Source: Phallusia mammillata (taxonomy: Eukaryota). Taken from it: 64,000 nt of DNA. The notes below the pieces were generated by a model. That model saw nothing but the letters and a program-made list of their open reading frames with translations. It did not search any database and had not been told where the DNA came from. Both the position numbers and the translations under genes were made by a program. Below are positions 58,501 through 64,000 of the stretch, in pieces. The stretch spans positions 19,592,001 to 19,656,000 of the forward strand of contig OZ281500.1 of the NCBI GenBank assembly GCA_965637545.1, given 5' to 3'. Each line of letters starts with the position of its first letter. The first letter of the stretch is position 1.

Positions 58501-60140
58501 ATTATCTCCAAATTAGAAGGTCTAATCAACACACGGTCAAATAAGGTAAAAAATCTGAGAAAAGATTTTTAAAATTAAGCAAGGTCAAACTTTATAGCAT
58601 TTTTAAATAAAGCTATATTGGTACTTTAAGGTAAATTGTTGTTTCGATATTTTGTCAATTTAAACATTTTTATCTTGAATATAACCAACACATATCATTT
58701 TTCAAATAGTAATATATACAAGTCGTGGGAATAGGGTTAACATTTATACTTGTTTTGCTTGGTTCTATGCATCCTGTATCTTCTCACTGTTTCGTATAGC
58801 TGTTGCCGAAAGCCGCGAGGCTAGATTATCAGGTCTATCTGCTGAAAACTGTTTAACACGTAGGTGCGACCCAGACCTAACTGGTAATCAAATGTATGAT
58901 CTGCTTATCTGCATTAAATTAATATTCAATTATTACTTTCACTACAATGATCTAAATCAGTGATTCATATACTTTTTTTACATGCGTACCACTTGGAGAT
59001 TTCTTACCGAGCTCACATACCACACATGAATCAAACAATTAGTTTTTGAATCAAAATAAAGTATAGTATGCTTGCGTAACACAAGAAAGTCATTCACGAA
59101 CCACAGTTTTAAAACCACTAAACCTTATGATTGTAGACGAATCTGACCAACTGGTACTGTTAAGGACATTGTGTTTAAAACAAGGGTATGGGCGGATACC
59201 TGGAAGTATCTGTTACGGTTACATGGCAACCGGTAAAAAACACGTTTCCGGGATGCTAGGAAATGTAAACTTGACTCATCCATATTTCTCCTCGGACGTA
59301 ATCGGCGTTGAAAGTTTAGGTTACCCACTGGAGAGTCAAATGTACAACGATTCGTGTTTCATGCGTGCATCATTGCGTGATAGAAACCACTTTGACCTTA
59401 CAGATAACATGTCAGGTCAAAGTCGCATAATTTCTGGTAAATTCTGGTAAACCGGACATGTGCAAAAAGTTACTTGACACGCATGTTATGACATGGCCAA
59501 TTAAGCTGTAGCATATACACCATGTCGATATTGCACAAAAACCAAACAAAATTTGCAGTATACCGCCAATGAAGTGGCTTCTCATTTAACAGATAGACAC
59601 TTGAAAAACAGATACTGAAACAAAAACTGACAATCATTTTCTTTCCTGGTATAAGCATGTTCTAACGATGCCCAATTTTGTTGGAAACCCCCTCAAGAGT
59701 CATTTTCCGATATTCAAAATATATGTAGATAATTCGATAACATGGCGCCGTCGATATTCTAAAACCCCGTTAACAGTAAGAGTTAAGATAAGCTCAAGGG
59801 ATTTAAAAATGAACACTCTGAATGTGCATTACCAGAACAAAATACGTTGCGTTTATTGAGTGAATAAAAACGGTTCTGACAATAGGACACAAAAAGTTCG
59901 TTTATATTTATCAGATATAGCTGAAATGCCCAGGCAACTTACATATATGCAAAACATGCAAGAGTGAGTTACGTTTGTGGTTTATAAACTAAGCAGCGGT
60001 GCGAATTGGGTCTCAGTATTCACTTGTTACACAGCGAAAGTGAACGATTTATCCCTTCAGCTTATTTCATAAAACAAGCAAAAGCAAAACACAGACTTAC
60101 CTTCGGTCTTAGCCTTCTTGTTGCCGAAGAAATTTCCCAT
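49562..60140 (-). CDS. Four-repeat beta-thymosin (WH2-like) protein with an MG- start and a Glu/Ala/Pro-rich linker (about 272 aa)
   Basis: Exons 60140-60101 (MGNFFGNKKAKTE), 54040-53727 (acidic), 53109-52983 (..MSDKPDMSGISAFDKTNLKHAETAEKQALP), 52723-52622, 51339-51238, 50841-50740 (each 102 nt, one repeat), 49593-49562 (TIEQEKSETS*); total 819 nt, phase-consistent. The thymosin exons are certain; the link to the 60140 exon is inferred. Confidence 0.85.
49651..49873. mobile_element. hAT MITE (related to 37617-38082)
   Basis: AAGTGGTTTCCAAC / GTTGGGAACCACTG termini. TSD ACATAGAC / ACATAGGC. Confidence 0.7.
54337..54361 (-). CDS. Candidate alternative first coding exon (MVMLLGCG-C) of the thymosin gene
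   Basis: ATG at 54361 with a strong donor T|GTAAGG in phase 1. It is open only if spliced to the second AG of the TAGGAG tandem acceptor (exon starting 54037). Confidence 0.35.
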
Positions 60141-60463
60141 GACTAAAAGGAGTTCGTGCGCTTTGTATGAATATATGACACTTCTTCCGTAAATCGAGAG
60201 ACAATCTCAAACCGGGGTTCTTTGGCCTATTGTAATGCACCTGACCACTTTTACAGACGCAGCGTGCAGTGCCTACAGATGCCTTAAATGGGAACACTGG
60301 AAAGTAAAAACAATAGAATCATGTGAACTTTGCGGCCCACGTAATAAACCTGCTAGATTTACGTCCTAGAAAGGATGCTTCAGATTACACTGCAGTTGTT
60401 TTCTGTAGCAATTATTTCGGTGGGGCTATTTGCCGTCAAAAATATTTAAAAAACATCTTCAAC

Positions 60464-60754
60464 CAGTGGTTCTCAACTCGTTTCGGGCCATGGACCACCG
60501 GCCCAGTAAAAATAACGTCGTGGACCATTTCTTTTTGGAGCAAAATTAACGTACGCATACGAAACAACCATTCGGGCTCGAAACACAATTCTTTAAAACC
60601 GATTTTAAAGAAGTGAGATACAATTATAAACAGCTTACATTTTGATAGTCTTTCAATAAATGATATGCAATGGTATCTAATTTATCAACAAATCTAGTGG
60701 ACGTCCTGTGGACCACCCAAAAAGTCATCATGGACCACCAGTTGAGAACCACTG
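60464..60754. mobile_element. hAT MITE
   Basis: Perfect TIR CAGTGGTTCTCAACT. TSD TCTTCAAC / TCTTAAAC. Confidence 0.9.
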
Positions 60755-62543
60755 TCTTAAACCGTCAAGGGTGCATTTCTCATAAACAAAACAAGGGACA
60801 TACCCTACAATAATTAATATAGCGAATTGTCTCAGCAATAACTGGTACCGTGCGTTTTATGCAACGATATTTTGGCATAGACGACCCGAAGATCTTAAGG
60901 AATAGACGACCTTATGAGGAAATTCATTTGCCCATTTTAACGGTACAGGCCCATGTAAACATTTTCATGGATTAACGTCACTGGCACAAAAATAAATTAC
61001 GACATTATCTGGCTACGATCGTTAAACTGTCATGTGCTTTGTATTGCTGGCTGACGTCCGGTTGCACCATCGGCCCTAAATCATGCACCAACTGTTAACA
61101 TACAACTTTTTCTTTGTTTTGCAATTTGCATATGCAATACTGCTGTACGTAAACCTACACAAATGAACAACTCAATGTGGCTGAGCTGGTATAAACTCCT
61201 AACAAGCCATCGCAAAGCGACTCGTGTAAAATAGGTAAAAGGACATGCCTTTGGCTAAGTTTTTACATAATCTGAACATGTGGCCTGGTAGGATGCAAAC
61301 ATTACATCATTGACACCGAACAAGTTTTAACTCGTGATGGATATACATTACCTAATGGCTACCTGCTTGCACCCTTACACGCGTTTTTCATGTCTGTTTC
61401 GATCAACGCAAATCTCAGATATTTGGCTGTTGAAAGTCAGGGTTAAACCATTATGAGCAATTTCAAAGTCTAAAAACGTACTCTGAATTGGGCACCTGTT
61501 TTATACTGCTAATTCTTTGCTAAACTGAAAAAAGTATTGCGTAACTTGCTCCTTGTAATTTACAAAACACTTTAAGCGCCTACAGCTATCCAGTATATTG
61601 AATAAGAAGTGCCAACGTTGCTGCAGCACACCAGTCACATCACAACAAATCTGGCGCTCAATGATTTGGCCCAAATGCTGAATCGCTGCGTGTCAACGCA
61701 ATTTCCTGTGCAGCCAGGCTGCATGTTGAACTTGGTTACACACTGACCAGTCCCGAGTGTGTGTGTGAACGCTCTGTTAGTTTGTACAAGTTGTATCCGT
61801 TTACGGTGACCACTTGGGTAAGCTTTAGTGGCAACATGGCTTAGCATGTTTTACATACATTCCTACCCTGAGATAGTCAACGCACTAACATGGTTTTAAC
61901 TAACTTTTGAACAATTAAAGTTCCTGGTAAAAGCAATCATATCCATTTAGTGGTGCATTATTTCGCAACATAGGTTTAGAAGTGGAACATATGCTCGCAG
62001 CGACACAGACTTAACCAATGCGCACCACAATAGTTAAAGAACATTTGCAAGATTATATTTTAAACACTCCAGCATGCACATATTGACCTTAAGATAGTCA
62101 TATCAAGAACAAAAACTAAATTTTGTATTATTGGCTTTTGGTTTCTTTTAACTTTCCAACTTCATTTCTTGTTGTCGGAAAAAAACGCCTGTGTCAACAA
62201 ACGCGTAGTAAATAGCTAACTCCATCAGCAAACAACAAGCTACTGACAAACATTAGTTACCATATTCCATACGCATTCCACTGCTTGCTCAATAACAAGC
62301 CCAAACATATTTAAACGCGCGGCTATCTAAATCTGATTTAAACTGTAATTCACCAAATTCTGAAGTATAGCATTGTACTTAAATATAACACACACGACAA
62401 CACTGTCAAATAAATAAAGCCTTAAAACTAGTTTTAATAAAGGTCTCAGCACCCCAAGGCGAAATAAGACGCAAAAACAACTCTTTCTGTTTCTAACCAA
62501 GGCGTTTGCTCTATTGTGGGCATTCAGGCGTAGCGTCTGCTCT

Positions 62544-62559
62544 GTGACGTCGACGTCAC
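62544..62559. promoter_or_regulatory. Perfect 16-bp palindrome GTGACGTCGACGTCAC (overlapping CRE-like half sites)
   Basis: The sequence is self-complementary, with a full TGACGTCA nearby at 62689. It lies upstream of the minus-strand thymosin gene. Function is not shown. Confidence 0.3.
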
Positions 62560-64000
62560 GCAATCTACAAATCTCTCAAGCCAGAAAAAGAAACTTGACA
62601 GTGAGATCAAACCTCGTAGCAAAAAATAATGAAGCACAGCATTTTGTGCAGTGCTGAATTATTGATCATTCAAGATCCACGTGGTCTATGACGTCATACA
62701 ACACCACAGACCCGCGCCATGCTCTGGTCACGTAGATGTGAAAGAGACTTGTTTTGTTAATCGCGCTCCCAGCGTGTTCAGAGGCAATACACGTGGCAAA
62801 TCTCAATTACCCTTGGGGGTGACGACTAAAGGCGAGGTTTTTGTTGATTCAAAGGCGACACAAAGCCAAAGCCGTCATCCATAAATGCTCTGAGTGAGTC
62901 ATACACTTCACCAGTAATTTTTTTCAACAAAAAGGATGCCCAACAGTCTTCGGAACACACGAATATTGCGATATTTATTGGGATGTTTTTTGTCCATGGA
63001 ATATGACGCATATTTCCCATCCTTTGCAAGAGAGGTGGGTACAGTTGTAAAGCATTCGCTACATATTTGATGTACACATTGAAATTTTCAGTTGTTTGTA
63101 GCCTGCAGTCTTGTACAGTTGTAACGCAATCTCAACATAGGTAATGTACAACTCTAAAACTTATTAGTTCTTATAACCTGCAGTCTTGTATAAACAACCG
63201 GTACGCGGTTTTGTGCATGATGTTTCGCAATCTGCGCGTAATTATTTTAAATTTTAATCTCATACAAAGAAGTATTTATGCAAAGTTTAATTGGTGGCCT
63301 TAAGAGAGAAGCCTAAGGCGACAAATGGCGGGAATTGATATTCAGATTAAGCACCGCGTGGGCCCAAGTTCTTAAGCGTAATTACCGTAGATGTTAACAA
63401 AACAAAGTTAACAAAATTAAAAGCAATAATTTTGATATACAGCAGCACTATCTATCAGTATTACAAACGATATTTAATGGCAGAAATCGTGGGTGAAAGG
63501 TAATATGGCTGAACGGCTTGGAAATATAAAATATGTATCACACAACAACACAGCAATATTTTATGCGAAAGTTTTACTACCGCCTAAAGCGGACGTTCTA
63601 TAATTATCTTAAAATAAATATGACAGACCAATGCCACAGACTCCACAGACTTTCAAAATTAAGAGCATATGGTTGGCTGTTGCAGCGGAAAAAAACCCTA
63701 TTATTTTCGAGATATATATCGCACATGGCGGAATAGTTGTTGCTAAAATGGGCAAACATTGTTTAGCTTTAGTTACGTTTGACCGGAAAAACACCTTGCA
63801 TTTGCCACGCATTGTATTTTCTCTTGTGTTACAAATTGCTAACAGAAACAGGTAGCAACCATTTTTGGACGAAAAAAGAAAATGACTGACACAAACTGAT
63901 GTAAAGATTTTAGGCTACATGATAAAAGTTAGACAATTATATGAAAAATGCTGTGTTAACTGAAAAACATGACAAAACCACCACAGACAGCTAAAGATCA

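Noticed and set aside
1-64000. CRISPR arrays, rRNA, prokaryotic operons or intact transposase/RT genes
   Set aside because: None seen. There are no regularly spaced repeats and no long uninterrupted ORFs other than host exons.

Overview
This is AT-rich, intron-rich eukaryotic DNA. Short introns and the gene content suggest an invertebrate chordate such as an ascidian, but this is inference only. The ORF track mostly shows exon fragments, so I assembled gene models by hand from splice sites with consistent phase. Left to right: (1) a secreted trefoil x3 / PTS-mucin / TSP1 x5 protein (+, 466-5266); (2) a secreted protein with six tandem CysD(WxxW) domains plus VWD-C8-TIL-TILa and a GDPH site, but no PTS (+, 6325-18620), followed by decayed partial copies of its 5' end and of the next gene; (3) an MS4A/CD20-like tetraspanin-type protein (-, 22182-26394); (4) an unrecognised, predominantly helical spliced CDS (-, 30036-32016); (5) SLX4 (-, 33996-47183, about 1273 aa) with four N-terminal UBZ-type fingers and a second spliced unknown gene nested on the same strand in one intron (36180-38168); (6) a four-repeat beta-thymosin fused to an N-myristoylation-type start and an acidic linker, with a possible alternative di-cysteine first exon (-, 49562-60140). 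Introns carry many hAT MITEs with 8-bp TSDs (one nested pair), a solo LTR and tRNA-like repeats. At least six Penelope-type minimal hammerhead ribozyme motifs are also present. One is intact, inside a 165-bp insertion with 14-bp direct repeats and internal inverted repeats (40218-40382). All product names come from motif recognition by eye; no database searches were run.
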